From contig OZ024749.1 in NCBI GenBank assembly GCA_964016885.1, positions 2,976,001 to 3,040,000 of the forward strand: 64,000 nt of DNA. The letters run 5' to 3'. Made by a program: the position numbers and the translations under genes. Under the pieces are notes generated by a model that was not told the origin of the DNA, ran no database searches, and saw only the letters and a list, made by a program, of their open reading frames with translations. Numbering within the stretch: the stretch's first letter is position 1; every line of letters begins with the position of its first letter. The DNA comes from Eledone cirrhosa. Taxonomy: Eukaryota. Positions 1 through 13,942 of the stretch are shown here, piece after piece.

Positions 1-555
1 TCTCCAGTTAATTCAGCACGAGAAAAATCCCTTGAATCAAGGTTTCCGTTAAAGTTACACGTATTAAAACTAGAACGTTCTTCGTCGGTAGTGTCAGAAT
101 CCTGACACACAGGCATACAACGTAGTTAGTGTCCGAGCAGCCAATCCTGATAATACATTTTCAGCACACTATTGACGTTATTCTTATTATAGAAATATAT
201 TCGATTATATTAATAACTTATACCTTATATCTATGTAGATGTTAATCTTCCCACAACAAATAAATGCCCCAATGAATGCACAATTGCTTTTTCTCCCCCA
301 TTTACCTCTAACATTATATCTTTATATTTCATCATGTTGTCTTCTGGTGTAGAAATAATCCCTGGAGACATAAAATTACTCTCCCGGCTATATCAAGTGT
401 TAGACTAACATATTACCTTATTGTACTGTGTTATTTGTTTAGCTGCTTCTTCACTTTGTAGACCTACATACATACATTTATACATATGAACATACACACA
501 TCTATTTAAGTTGCATTACTAACTTGTTGTTTGTTTCCTTTCCCTTGTTTTCTTC

Positions 556-659
556 TGTCCCGATAACTTAATTTAGTTATCACTCGCACTCATTTTAGGT
601 ATCTAGTCTTTAATGCGAAGAAATACCAACGTTAATCAGCAGACTACTGATGAAGGACA
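556..659 (+). ncRNA. Putative non-circularly permuted hammerhead-like ribozyme, copy 1 (all core elements intact)
   Basis: GGTA-TC-TAGTCT (598-609) ... TGCGA-A-GAAA-TACC (614-627) ... AGACTA-CTGATGA-A-GGACA (641-659); TGTCC (556-560) pairs with GGACA; homologous to 24414-24518 and 40580-40681 with compensatory changes. Confidence 0.7.
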
Positions 660-698
660 TTCCTGTTTGTTGGTTTATTTTTATTCATATATATATAG

Positions 699-842
<144 letters not shown>

Positions 843-865
843 GAATAAAAATAGACTAAGAAACA

Positions 866-928
<63 letters not shown>

Positions 929-1070
929 TATATATGTATATGTATATATATATGAATAAAAATAGACTAAGAAACAAGAATATATATATATATATATAGA
1001 ACGGGTAAAATTCCCGAGATCCATGGACGAGTTCTCTCCAGCGGTCATAACCATAAATAGTATACTTAAT

Positions 1071-1132
<62 letters not shown>

Positions 1133-1386
1133 TATGTATATTCAGCCTTAATAAAATCATTATTAAAACTCAGCCTCGGTTTTGAGAACTCCATTCTCTC
1201 ATCCGTCAATCATATACAGAATATGTATATATATTTAACATGTAAACGAATCTTCCTTGCTTTTCTATTATACACACACACACACACACACGTATATATA
1301 TATATATATATATGTATATACGGGTAGAACACTGGAAGGTGATATCCGTAGTGTGTAGAGCACTCAGTCTATGGGACGAGTTAGTT

Positions 1387-1462
1387 AGAAGTGGTAATAC
1401 AAGAGTTAGTTCACCATACTGAGAACAGTATGGTGAACTAACTGTTGTGTTACCACTTCTAT
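1387..1462. repeat. Short fold-back hairpin at the end of a PLE-derived fragment
   Basis: AGAAGTGGTAA..AGTTAGTTCACCATACTG / CAGTATGGTGAACTAACT..TTACCACTTCT; upstream AGAGCACTCAGTC also occurs at ~37217 at the end of a PLE. Confidence 0.6.
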
Positions 1463-1863
1463 ATATATATATATAATAATTTTATATATGTATATATATA
1501 TGTGTCTATTATTGGAGTTCACATGCAACAATATTGGTTTAATTCATGCAGGTAATTTGCGATGAAATATTCAAATTCTATTCCCAATATATATATATAT
1601 AATTCTCGCTGAATTCATATTTTTATATATATATATATTTATATATTTATATATATATATACTAGTGTCAAGGAGACTATTTATGGTTATGTATATACTA
1701 AAATCTTTTATAGTTATATATATTTTAAACCCTAAATAGTGAAAGACAGTAATTTATTACTATCTTATTTTAATAAATATTTGCTCTAGCGTTCTTATAT
1801 ATTTGATATATATTTATTCTTATCGAGCCCTCTTTGGATTTTAGTCTTCAAATTTATTATTAT

Positions 1864-1935
<72 letters not shown>

Positions 1936-1940
<5 letters not shown>

Positions 1941-2307
1941 TTCAATATATTAATAAATATAGACATTCAACGTAATCAAAATATATTTTATTATATAGAT
2001 TTCGTAGGTTCTGTGCTGTTTTTTTCAGTACATCAGTCCTGATTATTCAATTCCAGTCTTGCCAAGACTGGAATTGAACCATCAATTTATATATTTTATC
2101 TGATGAGGACGTACTGATAAAACAGCACAGTTCCTCCGAAATATATATAATAAAATATATTTTGATTACGTTGAATGTCTATATTTATTAATATTTTGAA
2201 TTAATATTAATAACTCCAGAAAACTTCAACTGTTGAGTGCTTCTAATCTGTTGTAAAACAATATTCATTGATTAATCAATGAACCTTGTTTAACTTTTGG
2301 TTATGTA
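1936..2307 (+). mobile_element. Fold-back PLE 3'-end element (inverted arms, centre ~2062, plus tail) between (TA)n
   Basis: Arms ~1936-2060 and ~2063-2207 are reverse complements; the right arm carries a hammerhead; TA flanks. Confidence 0.75.
2091..2158 (+). ncRNA. Minimal type I hammerhead ribozyme
   Basis: ATATTTTAT-CTGATGA-stem II-GAAA-TATATA-TA-ATAAAATAT. Confidence 0.75.
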
Positions 2308-2348
2308 TATATATATGAGTTATTTATATATATATATTTATATATATA

Positions 2349-2383
<35 letters not shown>

Positions 2384-2386
<3 letters not shown>

Positions 2387-2898
2387 GATAAATCTACCAA
2401 GAGTTTACGGTAGTGTCCAATCCGTATGAAGAACTCAATGTATTCCGGATATCATGGAAAGAAGAGATGCAATGAAAATCCACTTTCGGTGAAAGACAAA
2501 CGGTATACAGAGTCAAGATAAAATATTAAACAAATAATGAATAAACAATTCCTTATATTAAACAAAAAAATTCATTATTTAACGATCGTTTCTAGGGTAT
2601 ATATGTGTTATAATTGGTATGCATATTCAACAGATCTATGTACAAAATTATACAAAATTATACAAATTATCAAGATTAAATATACATACCTAACACATAT
2701 ATATTATTTCTGAAGACGGCGTATATATGTGTTAGGTATGTATATTTAATCTTGATAATTTGTATAATTTTGTATAATTTTGTACATAGATCTGTTGAAT
2801 ATGCATACCAATTATAACACATATATACCCTAGAAACGATCGTTAAATAATGAATTTTTTTGTTTAATATAAGGAATTGTTTATTCATTATTTGTTTA

Positions 2899-2907
<9 letters not shown>
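2384..2907. mobile_element. Short fold-back copy of the 28927-36131 element (tail plus two inverted arms)
   Basis: 2384-2517 is the reverse complement of tail 35998-36131; arms 2518-2702 and ~2721-2907 match the outer ends of the large element. Confidence 0.9.
2703..2851 (+). ncRNA. Type I hammerhead ribozyme with long stem II insertion
   Basis: ATTATTT-CTGAAGA-..GTATATATGTGTTA...TAACACATATATAC..-GAAA-CGATCG-TT-AAATAAT. Confidence 0.7.
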
Positions 2908-2957
<50 letters not shown>

Positions 2958-3131
2958 CTCATATATATATATATATATACATAACCAAAAGTTAAACAAT
3001 ATTCATTGATTAATCAATGAATATTGTTTTACAATAGATTAGAAGCACTCAACAGTTGAAGTTTCCTGGAGTTATTAATATTAATTCAGTAATATAGGTA
3101 CTCAATACATAGTAGAGTATAACAGTTTTAA

Positions 3132-3235
3132 TATAGAAGAGCTTCTACAGGATTAGATCTTTTTAATTCGTGAGAAATCATTAGCTCCCTGATGATTTCT
3201 CTCTAAAGAAACAACTCTAGTCCTGTAGAAGCTCT

Positions 3236-3241
<6 letters not shown>
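3132..3241. repeat. Imperfect fold-back hairpin containing CTGATGA (degenerate PLE end)
   Basis: TATAGAAGAGCTTCTACAGGA...TCCTGTAGAAGCTCTTCTATA. Confidence 0.55.
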
Positions 3242-3281
<40 letters not shown>

Positions 3282-4031
3282 TATGTGGCGTTTATTCAAT
3301 TTCTTTCGGAGGTTAAAACCAAAATATTCATATATATGTGTTTGTATTTTTGTGTCTGCTTGTATGTGTGTTTCTGCGCCTACATACATATGATATATAG
3401 ATGCAAATATATACAAATATACATCTATACCTACATACACAACCGCACACACGTACTCCACCCATATAAATATATACATAAATATATCAATGTGATTAGT
3501 GTAAATATGTATTCTATAATATTCCGTTACACAATGATAAACAATTTGGGCTCATTTGAATACCCCTACTAAGGAATTATTTACGAAGAAACCTTTAATA
3601 GATATCATAGATGTCTGTTAATGTTTGTTACCCTTGGTCAATCTGACTTAATAACAGGTTTTCTGCCATATGACACGCAATTTCTATGTGCATCATATGA
3701 GATAATTTAATTACATTAGATTAGACGAAATGTGTTAAGGATTATAGAAAGCTGTGTAAATAGACTTTATCTGTGTCAATAAAATATCTAAATAAATTTT
3801 CTAGTTTAATTAACACTTCGCATTTAATTCCTTGTATCATGATATTTACGTCATGTGTCATACAGAAATTCTGTTATTTTATCGTGTTTTTCATTTCTTA
3901 ATCTTTCTATGATAATGTTATTTTTCACGCAAAATTAAATACGTGTATGTATAAACATAGTAATAAGACACACACATATATATATATATATATATGACTT
4001 TACCCCTCTCTTTTCTCTGTCTTCCTATATG

Positions 4032-4097
<66 letters not shown>

Positions 4098-4127
4098 TAT
4101 TAAATTACATCTGCCCATACATACATT

Positions 4128-4478
<351 letters not shown>

Positions 4479-4517
4479 CATTGGAATTGGTGCTCTGAAA
4501 TACCGATATATATATAT

Positions 4518-4839
4518 GAATATATATACAGTGTATTTTGCAATACACTGTATGCTTAATTAAAAGTAATCCAGTAATCATTTTCAATTTTGGCTGGACC
4601 AGCATCCGCTCTGTATAATCTGTTCCTGATTATTACTGGAATTCTATAAGAATCTAACATTCGTAATTTTCAGCAAGCAAAGGGAGTACTAACAGTACGA
4701 AACAGAGATCTGTCAGCTTATCTCCCTTTGTTTGCTGAAAAAAGAAGTGATATAGTCACTACTTTAAAACATTAGTGTAAGGTCTTCAAAATGCTTTTAA
4801 TTAAGCATACAGTGTATTGCAAAATACACTAAATATACA

Positions 4840-4843
<4 letters not shown>
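4518..4843. mobile_element. Inverted-repeat element between (TA)n with a degenerate hammerhead-like core
   Basis: ~50-bp terminal inverted repeats (4518-4570 / 4790-4843); internal CTGATTA-TTACTG...CAGTAC-GAAA-CAGAGATCTG-TC. Confidence 0.5.
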
Positions 4844-4902
<59 letters not shown>

Positions 4903-4905
<3 letters not shown>

Positions 4906-5302
4906 GTAGGAGGTGAGTTTTATTGTAGTACAATAAAGCAATGCAGATATCGGATAAGAAGCACTCTACAGTTTGTAGGACTGGAGTATACATAATATAT
5001 AAGATCAAAAGATGGTTAAAGGAGTTCCATGTATTTTATTATGCGCATTTCAACAACAAACATCATCATGCAATAATATTTGTGTTTTCATCAGATAAAA
5101 CAGGAGAACATGATATGAAGGCTAAAAAACACTTGTGGATAGATATGTTGATTTAAAACTGCACTATCCACAAGTGTTTTTTAGCCTTCATATCATGTTC
5201 TCCTGTTTTATCTGATGAAAACACAAATATTATTGCATGATGATGTTTGTTTTTGAAATGCGCATAATAAAATACATGGAACGCCTTTAACCATCTTTTG
5301 AT

Positions 5303-5305
<3 letters not shown>
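4903..5305. mobile_element. Fold-back PLE 3'-end element with a hammerhead on each arm
   Basis: Arms ~4997-5150 and ~5165-5305 are near-perfect reverse complements; tail 4903-4996; TA flanks. Confidence 0.8.
5206..5272 (+). ncRNA. Minimal type I hammerhead ribozyme (mirror copy on minus strand 5034-5100)
   Basis: TTTTAT-CTGATGA-AAACACAAATAT...ATGTTTGTTTTT-GAAA-TGCGCA-TA-ATAAAA. Confidence 0.8.
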
Positions 5306-5348
<43 letters not shown>

Positions 5349-6119
5349 TAATAAAAGGGTTTGTACTATTAGACATTACTCTGAGTCTAAAGAAACATTA
5401 ATCAATAAAATATAGGACTTCATGTGGGTAATGATATTAGAATATCAAACATACACGATGCATTAGTTTCTGCACTCCTAAGAAAAATAAGTCCAAAATA
5501 ACTACTACAATACTTTTGTAATATCAGCAGGCATTACATCATTACGATCGGAATGTTTCGTCAGCGCTTTGCAGCCTCCCATGAATGGTAAATCTTGTTT
5601 GCTTCCCGAAAAGATATAAAGGAGGAATGACAGAAAAAAGGTAGTAATATTTATTTGGAAAACCAGTTTGCACCGAATGCTGGTCTGAAACAATTCGCTG
5701 AAACTAATTGATAGTCGAAGCAATTTTACATTGGAAGTGAAAACATCAATTATTTTTACCGCAGAAATGCATTTTTTTCTTTTCAAAATTTCCGGATAAT
5801 CTTTATGGACGGTCGACATCATTTTCCCTCAAACAGCAAAATATTGTATGTGAAAAATATGAAGACGTAGGCGTGAATTGGACATTTTTGCAGTGCCAGA
5901 GATGATAACGAGATTATAACGCCTTCAGTTTAATAGGTGGTTGTTGGTGATTGAAATTCAGGTAAGCCACTGCACCAATACATGGGAAGCATGCGCATAT
6001 CCTACATCCATGTAATTATACAGACAAATACACCCACCGAGACACACACACATATAGATGGATATAAATATATAAATATATAGATGTATACATACACACA
6101 GATGCATATATGTATATAA

Positions 6120-6187
<68 letters not shown>

Positions 6188-6387
6188 TTATATATAAGTA
6201 TACACACGCATATACACACACACACATACACACACACACACACAGATATATATATATATATATATATAAATATATATATATATACATACATACAGATATT
6301 CATATATATATACACGCATGTTTAAATACATATTGCGTTGTGTCGGTATATGTATATATCTATAAACTGATCCCTATATATATATAT

Positions 6388-6547
6388 AGGAACGAGTAGG
6401 ACCCCGACGGCTGAGCTCAAGCCGTTTCGACGGCTTGAGCTCAGCCGTCGGGGTCCTACTCGTTCCTATTACCCACTCTACTACCCTAAGTATTGAGTAC
6501 TTTGGTGCGTTATGTCCATCTGGTTCCTTACCACATTTCCTTCGTTA
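6388..6547 (+). mobile_element. Fold-back repeat family A (other copies 13693-13890, 19030-19222, 24568-24725)
   Basis: ~80-bp palindrome followed by shared tail TTACCCACTCTACTACCCTAAG...CATTTCCTTCGTT; contains the hammerhead 3' half (GAAA)CGGCTTGAGCTCAGCCGTC. Confidence 0.8.
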
Positions 6548-6892
6548 TATATATATATATACATATATATTTAATGAATAAAATAACAGGAGGGTGGACT
6601 GGTGTAAATCTTTGAAAAGTTTATTATAGTATGATCATTTCAATGACCTTGTTCCGTATGAATCCGGTGATATTATCAGGTATTCGAAATATAACAAAGG
6701 AATATATAAAAATCTATGGGTCCAAAAATCAGAGACAGAGAGACGCTGACGAATTACCTGTTTTCACCTCGGTCAGTCGCCCCCATTTGAGGTCGACTGG
6801 CCAAGGTGAAAACAGCTAGTTGGTCAGTCGTTCTGATTATCTCTGATTTTCGGACCCATGGATTTTTTATATAATCCTTTGTTATATTTCGA

Positions 6893-6950
6893 ATACCTGA
6901 TGATATCACCGGATTCATACGGAATCCGGTCATTGAAATGATCATAGTAT
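6893..6950 (+). ncRNA. Minimal type I hammerhead ribozyme
   Basis: ATAC-CTGATGA-TATC-ACCGGATTC-ATAC-GGAATCCGGT-CATT-GAAA-TGATCA-TA-GTAT; the mirror arm has a mutated core (CTGATAA). Confidence 0.85.
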
Positions 6951-7077
6951 AATAAACTTTCCAAGGATTTACACCAGTCCAGCCCCCGTAATTTTATTCA
7001 TAATAATTAACTCCGCATTCGCACCACCAACTACACAAACGAAGACGGGTGAACTGCACGACGTTGAGTACTTTCCA

Positions 7078-7183
7078 TAATTGTTTCTACTTTAGGCACA
7101 AGGCCAGCAAATTACCCAGTGCATTACTGGTACTTTATTTTATCGACCCCGTAAGGATGAAAGGCAAAGTTAACCTCGGCGGA
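7078..7183 (-). mobile_element. Octopus-type SINE, 3' half
   Basis: Reverse complement of CCGCCGAGGTTAACTTTGCCTTTCATCC...GGCCTTGTGCCTAAAGTAGAAAC, as in 13060-13252. Confidence 0.8.
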
Positions 7184-7245
7184 TTGCATCAAGATTGAGA
7201 ATACGGAATGACCAATTCTATCCGGTGGTGAACCAACAAACCTAA

Positions 7246-7282
<37 letters not shown>

Positions 7283-7304
7283 TATACACATATATATATA
7301 TATA

Positions 7305-7335
<31 letters not shown>

Positions 7336-7348
7336 TTAAGTTTGTTGG

Positions 7349-7856
<508 letters not shown>

Positions 7857-8339
7857 GTACATAAAAAAACACCATATCTGTTTGGGGATCGCAACTGGTA
7901 GTGCACAAACAGAAGATATTTATTGCTACATTGTTCAGCTAGTTTCACATAGCATGCGTGGAATTTATGAGCAAAAGAGAAAAGTCAATTTGATGCAACT
8001 GGTAGAAGGAAAAATGACAGAATTTCAAAAGCGATTCTTCTGAATCACGTTTTTCTTTATATCTGCGTCTACAAAAACAGTTTATTTCTTTTCTTTTGCA
8101 ATTCACCAAACACACACACACAGACACACACCCATACACATACATACACAAACACACACACATAGATATACATACAGACACACACACACACATTTATATA
8201 TATGTATATACATGTAAGTAGGTGGGCGTGTATGTTAGAATGTATCCATCCTTATATATATTCTTTCTGTATCTCTTTCTCTCATACATCCCTCTCCCAC
8301 CCTCTCTCTCTCTCTCACCCTCCATCTCTCTCTCTCTCT

Positions 8340-8403
<64 letters not shown>

Positions 8404-8613
8404 CTTTGCGCTACATTCTTACTTTTTCTATTCTCATGTTATATATAGGGAGAACGAGGTTCTTCTTTCCACAGCTTTCTTACCCCCTCCCCCCCCCCCC
8501 GTATCCCCTATAGCTGTAACGATACCATCGAAGGTAAGTTAACAGCGAATACCAAAAGCCTAAAGAAAGAATCACGAAATCGTGCTAACGTGTTTTCTTT
8601 CTATCCTTTAATC

Positions 8614-8651
<38 letters not shown>

Positions 8652-8737
8652 GCAGTAATAATAATAATAACGACAACAATAACATAATAATAGACTAAAT
8701 CAAACAGCGATATATCCATCCTGACAAAAATATACCT

Positions 8738-8739
<2 letters not shown>

Positions 8740-8813
<74 letters not shown>

Positions 8814-8872
8814 GTATGTATATATATATATATGTATGTATATATATATATGTATGTATATATATATGTATG

Positions 8873-8905
<33 letters not shown>

Positions 8906-8957
8906 GTATGTATATATATATGTATATATATATATATACATATGTATATATATATAT

Positions 8958-8998
<41 letters not shown>

Positions 8999-9162
8999 AA
9001 TATATATATGTATATATGTATATAAATATATATAGGTATATATGTATATATGTATATAAATATATATAGGTATATATGTATATATGTATATAAATATATA
9101 TAGGTATATATGTATATATGTATATATATATATAGGTATATATGTATATAGGTATATATGTA

Positions 9163-9208
<46 letters not shown>

Positions 9209-9540
9209 TATATATGTATATATATATATATAGGTATATATGTATATATATATAAATATATATAGGTATATATGTATATATGTATATATATATATATATA
9301 AATATATATAGGTATATATGTATATATGTATATATATATATAAATATATATAGGTATATAGGTATATATGTATATATGTATATATATATATAAATATATA
9401 TAGGTATATATGTATATATATATATATATATATAGGTATATATGTATATATATATATATATATAGGTATATATGTATATATGTATATATATATAAATATA
9501 TATAGGTATATATGTATATATATATAAATATATATAGGTA

Positions 9541-9600
<60 letters not shown>
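8740..9600. repeat. Compound (TA)n array with TATG/TAGG/TAAA higher-order units
   Basis: Direct inspection. Confidence 0.9.
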
Positions 9601-9613
<13 letters not shown>

Positions 9614-10147
9614 ATATATATATGTGCGTGTGTCTGTGAGTGTGTGTGTGTGTGTGTATGTGTATGAATAATGAGGGAGAGACGGAAGGAGAGAGATTTA
9701 GGTATACGTATATACGTATGTTGGTGTATATATATGCGTTTACGTATGTGACTGTAAATATATGGTTCGCTATAGATTAAAAACTTCACAAATATACATA
9801 AAAAGAACAACATTCTCCAACAAACAACAGCAATAAGCAAACACCAAACCAGATGTGCTTGTCAAAATAATGTCATTGATGTCGGATCGCTAGAATTGTG
9901 ATGTCTCTTTAAGCTAGTTGCTGAATGGAAAGGCAATGACTGTAATGATATATATAATATTAGATATCAGAAAACAACTATTCATTGGCATAATATTTTT
10001 ACAATCCGGCAGTAGTTTTTTTCTAAAAGAATTTTCAGTAATCAGTGAAAAAAGAATTGCTGGGTATGATTATATGTTTCCTCTTCCTGATTGTTAAAGC
10101 ATGTGTATATGTGTGATCAAGTCATGTGGTGTACATGTGTAAGTGTA

Positions 10148-10256
<109 letters not shown>

Positions 10257-11017
10257 GTATATATATACACACTAACACACACACATATATATATATGTAC
10301 ATGTATGTATGCATATATATATATATATATATATATGCAGATGTATGATAACATTCAAAATGGTATATATATATATACCGGAAAATTTAACGAGCAAATA
10401 TCTATACCATTATAAAAATATTGCAAGCCACTTAGTACATTAGAAAAAGTGTAATGTAGAATATAGCGTATGACAATTGAAGACTGGCATTTCAAATAAA
10501 GACAGGAAAATGCAAACAACTTGCGAAAACGTGACATGAAATATGTGAAATAATGAAGGAGATCTAATGTAGATATGAAAACATACCTCAGTTTACACAC
10601 AACTTTCCTCGAGGCAAAATAATCCTTAATCTTCTTAACTACATTCACCTCTCTAAATCTCTTGGATAAACACGAACTAATATATCCATAATCGCTTTGA
10701 AGCGAACTAAAACTGGAAACACCAACTAGGTACCTTAGCACTCTCGCATTTAAACCGGCCTCATGCGGCCAGAATCCTCACCTCATTCTGTCAAAACTAG
10801 CCGTATATGGCCACTCATACTGATGTTAAGAGATTGCACTTAAAGTAAATGACATCAAAATCTCGAAGATTCGATATTATGTGAAATAATTGTGTAAGAT
10901 AAAGCCTTTACTAAAAAAAATACAATAGTATATATAGAATAATATAAATGCTGAAGTGTTAAACCCAGATCTTGATATCAGCTTGACATTTAAAAAGAAA
11001 ATGGTTACATTATCTCT

Positions 11018-11203
11018 GGTGGATTGGCTATCGGTAGAGGGTCGGACGCCATGCTTTGCAACAAAGAGTTACGGCCCTTTATGGTCTGAGTTCAAATCCC
11101 GCCGAGGTTAACTTTGCTTTTCATCCTTACGGGGGTCGAAAAAATAAAGCACCAGTAACGTACTGGGATAATTGCTGGCCTTGTGCCAAAAGTAGAAATA
11201 ATT
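11018..11203 (+). mobile_element. Octopus-type tRNA-derived SINE, near full length
   Basis: A-box-like TGGCTATCGGTAGA, B-box GAGTTCAAATCC, core GCCGAGGTTAACTTTGC..TCATCC..GGGGTCGA, tail GGCCTTGTGCCAAAAGTAGAAA. Confidence 0.85.
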
Positions 11204-11739
11204 ATCTCTGTTAATCTTATTCACATTAGTGAATTTAATAAATGAAGATACATGGCCACGTCTTTAACCGGTTAGAACAACTGAAGATGTTTAGAGAAAT
11301 TTAGGTCCAATCAATCCCCTCACACATTAACATTAACCATTGGAATCCTACACACATAATGTCTAAAATTAAATCTGTGTCGTTATGGATGGAAATAGTT
11401 TTATCATGGTCCTCCCGACATAACAACTACTAATCCTTCTTTGAAACAATACTCACTACAGTTTTAACTTCATTAATCCAACATGGCGACAGGAAGGACG
11501 TGTTGTGTTTTCAACCCATTTCGGTCGTATCTAATTAATGTTATATCCTCTCATCTTATCTCCACAATAGGTGAGGATATTCACCCACAACCAGAAGTCA
11601 ACCAACTCCTTTTAAGAGAAATATAACACAAAATCTGTGTGGAATCCGTGGTGTAGAATATTAGGAAACTCAATTTGTCACTCGGCTGAACACAACAAAC
11701 GACGGCGACCGATTCTTATAAAACCTAAAAGATAACAAT

Positions 11740-12480
11740 ATTAGGATATCTATGAATGGTATTTTATATTATCAGCATTGAAAGAATTGAAAAATAATTT
11801 GAATTCGGTGTAATGCCAACGCACATGTTAGAGAGTTAATATAAATACCGCAAGGCATTACGTTCTATGCTCTACCGATCTCCACCCGTGGGAATTACTA
11901 TATAATATCAACCGAAAAATGGGCGGTCAATTAGTAGCATTCCTTCCGGTGATATTACCTCTCAGCCCAAATACCGTAAACCTTCTGGAGACGATAACTA
12001 AAGCACCAATCAAATATTGGGTTCGATATAATCGACTTTCCATCAAAATTGCTGCTGCTGGGCCTAAACTTTGAACAGTCATCAATCAGTAAAGAATAAA
12101 ATGAAAATTAGATCTCAGTCGGATTGAATTCAGAAGATTGAGAGCAGAACTTACCGCAAAACATTTTTTTTTCGTTCTAAGCACTAACGATATTTCGAAA
12201 CATCCCCCACGATTACTAGTTAGTATTCTATATCCATAAAGTTTTAATGGCAACGTTCACCTCAGTGTTGTAGAGAGAGCAATAAAATACCCAAGACATT
12301 TTGATCTAGAAACTGAAGGTCCATAAATACAATACCTGTAATCATATCACGGTAGCAGAGTCGTTTGAAAGTCAGATAAAATCTTTTGTGACGTACACTC
12401 CGAATCTATGCGAGATTAAACTTGTTTTTTATACTTTCACTGGTGATCATATAGTACCAGTCCAATGCTGGGGTCGATTA
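11740..12480. mobile_element. Cluster of old degenerate SINE fragments in both orientations
   Basis: Patches resembling SINE segments (GGGTTCGATATAATCGACT, TACCGCAAGGCATT, CTGGGGTCGATT). Confidence 0.45.
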
Positions 12481-12873
12481 CTTTCTATATCTCTTTCTCA
12501 CGTCCTCTCTATTACTCACTCTATTTTTTTCATGGAGGAAATCGGTGGTGTTTAAGTAAGGAGATGTGCTCCACCAGATTTCAGAAGTACCCTACACAAT
12601 TTATGTCAAGACGTCACCCCTATGACCTCATCATATTTTACCAGTCCATCCCCACTCATTCTAAGGCATTATGGTTTTTGTTTTTGTTTTCTGAGGGGAC
12701 ATTTATAACATGCCCTTAACAGATACTCGGAGGAAATGTCCATGTTGCCACCCAAAAAAGTGCTACCACGATGTCTCTGATATAAACTCATTTTACACGT
12801 GACGGATTTGTCGATTTGAATGACATTAGCATTTGCAGAAAGAGTACAATTATTATTATTATTTGTAGCTTAT

Positions 12874-13048
12874 GGGCGGTGGATTGGCTGTATTGTTAGA
12901 GAGTCTGACACCATGCTTTGCAGCATAGAGTTACGGCCCTTTATGGTCTATAATACAAATTACCAATAACGTACTGGAATCGATTTAGTCGACTTCACCC
13001 GACTCCCCCAAGTTACTGGCCTTGTATTTCTACAATAATTCATTATTA
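12874..13048 (+). mobile_element. Octopus-type SINE with internal deletion
   Basis: GGGCGGTGGATTGGC head, GAGTTACGGCCCTTTATGGTCT, TCGATTTAGTCGACT, CTGGCCTTGT. Confidence 0.7.
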
Positions 13049-13059
13049 TACGCATCTAA

Positions 13060-13252
13060 GGGCGGTGAATTGGCAGTATCGGTAGAGGGTCGGACGCCAT
13101 GCTTTGACGTATAGAGTTACGGCCCTTGCTATTCTGATTTCAAATCCCGCCGAGGTTAACTTTGCCTTTCATCCTTATGGGGTCGATAAAATAAAGTACC
13201 AGTAATCTACTGAGTAATTGCTGGCCTTGTGCCAAAAGTAGAAACAATTATT
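13060..13252 (+). mobile_element. Octopus-type tRNA-derived SINE, full length
   Basis: Close homolog of 11018-11203; ends in an ATT tail. Confidence 0.85.
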
Positions 13253-13692
13253 ATACGTATCTTAATCAGTAAAAAAAACATAACATAACATTTCTGCTTC
13301 TACAAAACTGATAAATATTTTGGTAGAAGCATTATCAGGGGAGTTGTTTACAGCTATGCCGTGCTTAGTTAAACAGTACAAGTTATGTTTCTACAAGTAT
13401 GGACTTCCAATGAAATGCATACATACATACCTCTATACACACCCCTCCACACACACACACATTCCTTTGGAATTACGTAACATATATATATGGTTCGTAA
13501 TTCTAAAGGGAAAAGAGAGTGCTCTATGTATAGAACAGAGCTATTTAATTAGAGAGTTAAGAACACAAAATATAACTACTCCATTACCAAAGGTTTCTGG
13601 ATTACAGACGATAATAATATATAACATTTCTATCTGACCACGATCCAGACGAATATATTCTGTAATCCTGAAACCATTTGTATATATATATA

Positions 13693-13890
13693 TAACGAAG
13701 GAACTATGGTAAGGAACTAGGTGGACCATAACGCACCAGAGTAGTCGATACTTTGGGTAGTAGAGTGGGTAATAGGAAAAGGTTCAAGACCGCGTCGGCA
13801 GAGCTCAAGCCGTTTCGACGGCTATTTCAGTCCAGAAATATCCATCGAAATAGCTTCAGATCTGCCGCACCCGAATCCTGAACGTTTTCC
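13693..13890 (-). mobile_element. Fold-back repeat family A, diverged copy
   Basis: Reverse complement of the family A tail plus GAGCTCAAGCCGTTTCGACGGCTATTTCAGTCCAGAAATA. Confidence 0.7.
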
Positions 13891-13898
13891 TATATACA

Positions 13899-13942
<44 letters not shown>

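Larger units (their letters stand above)
6571..7245 (+). mobile_element. Fold-back PLE 3'-end element with hammerhead; tail interrupted by a SINE fragment
   Basis: Arms ~6571-6750 and ~6825-7003 are diverged reverse complements. Confidence 0.75.

Noticed and set aside
11018-13252. tRNA genes
   Set aside because: A/B-box-like motifs belong to SINE heads; no cloverleaf can be folded
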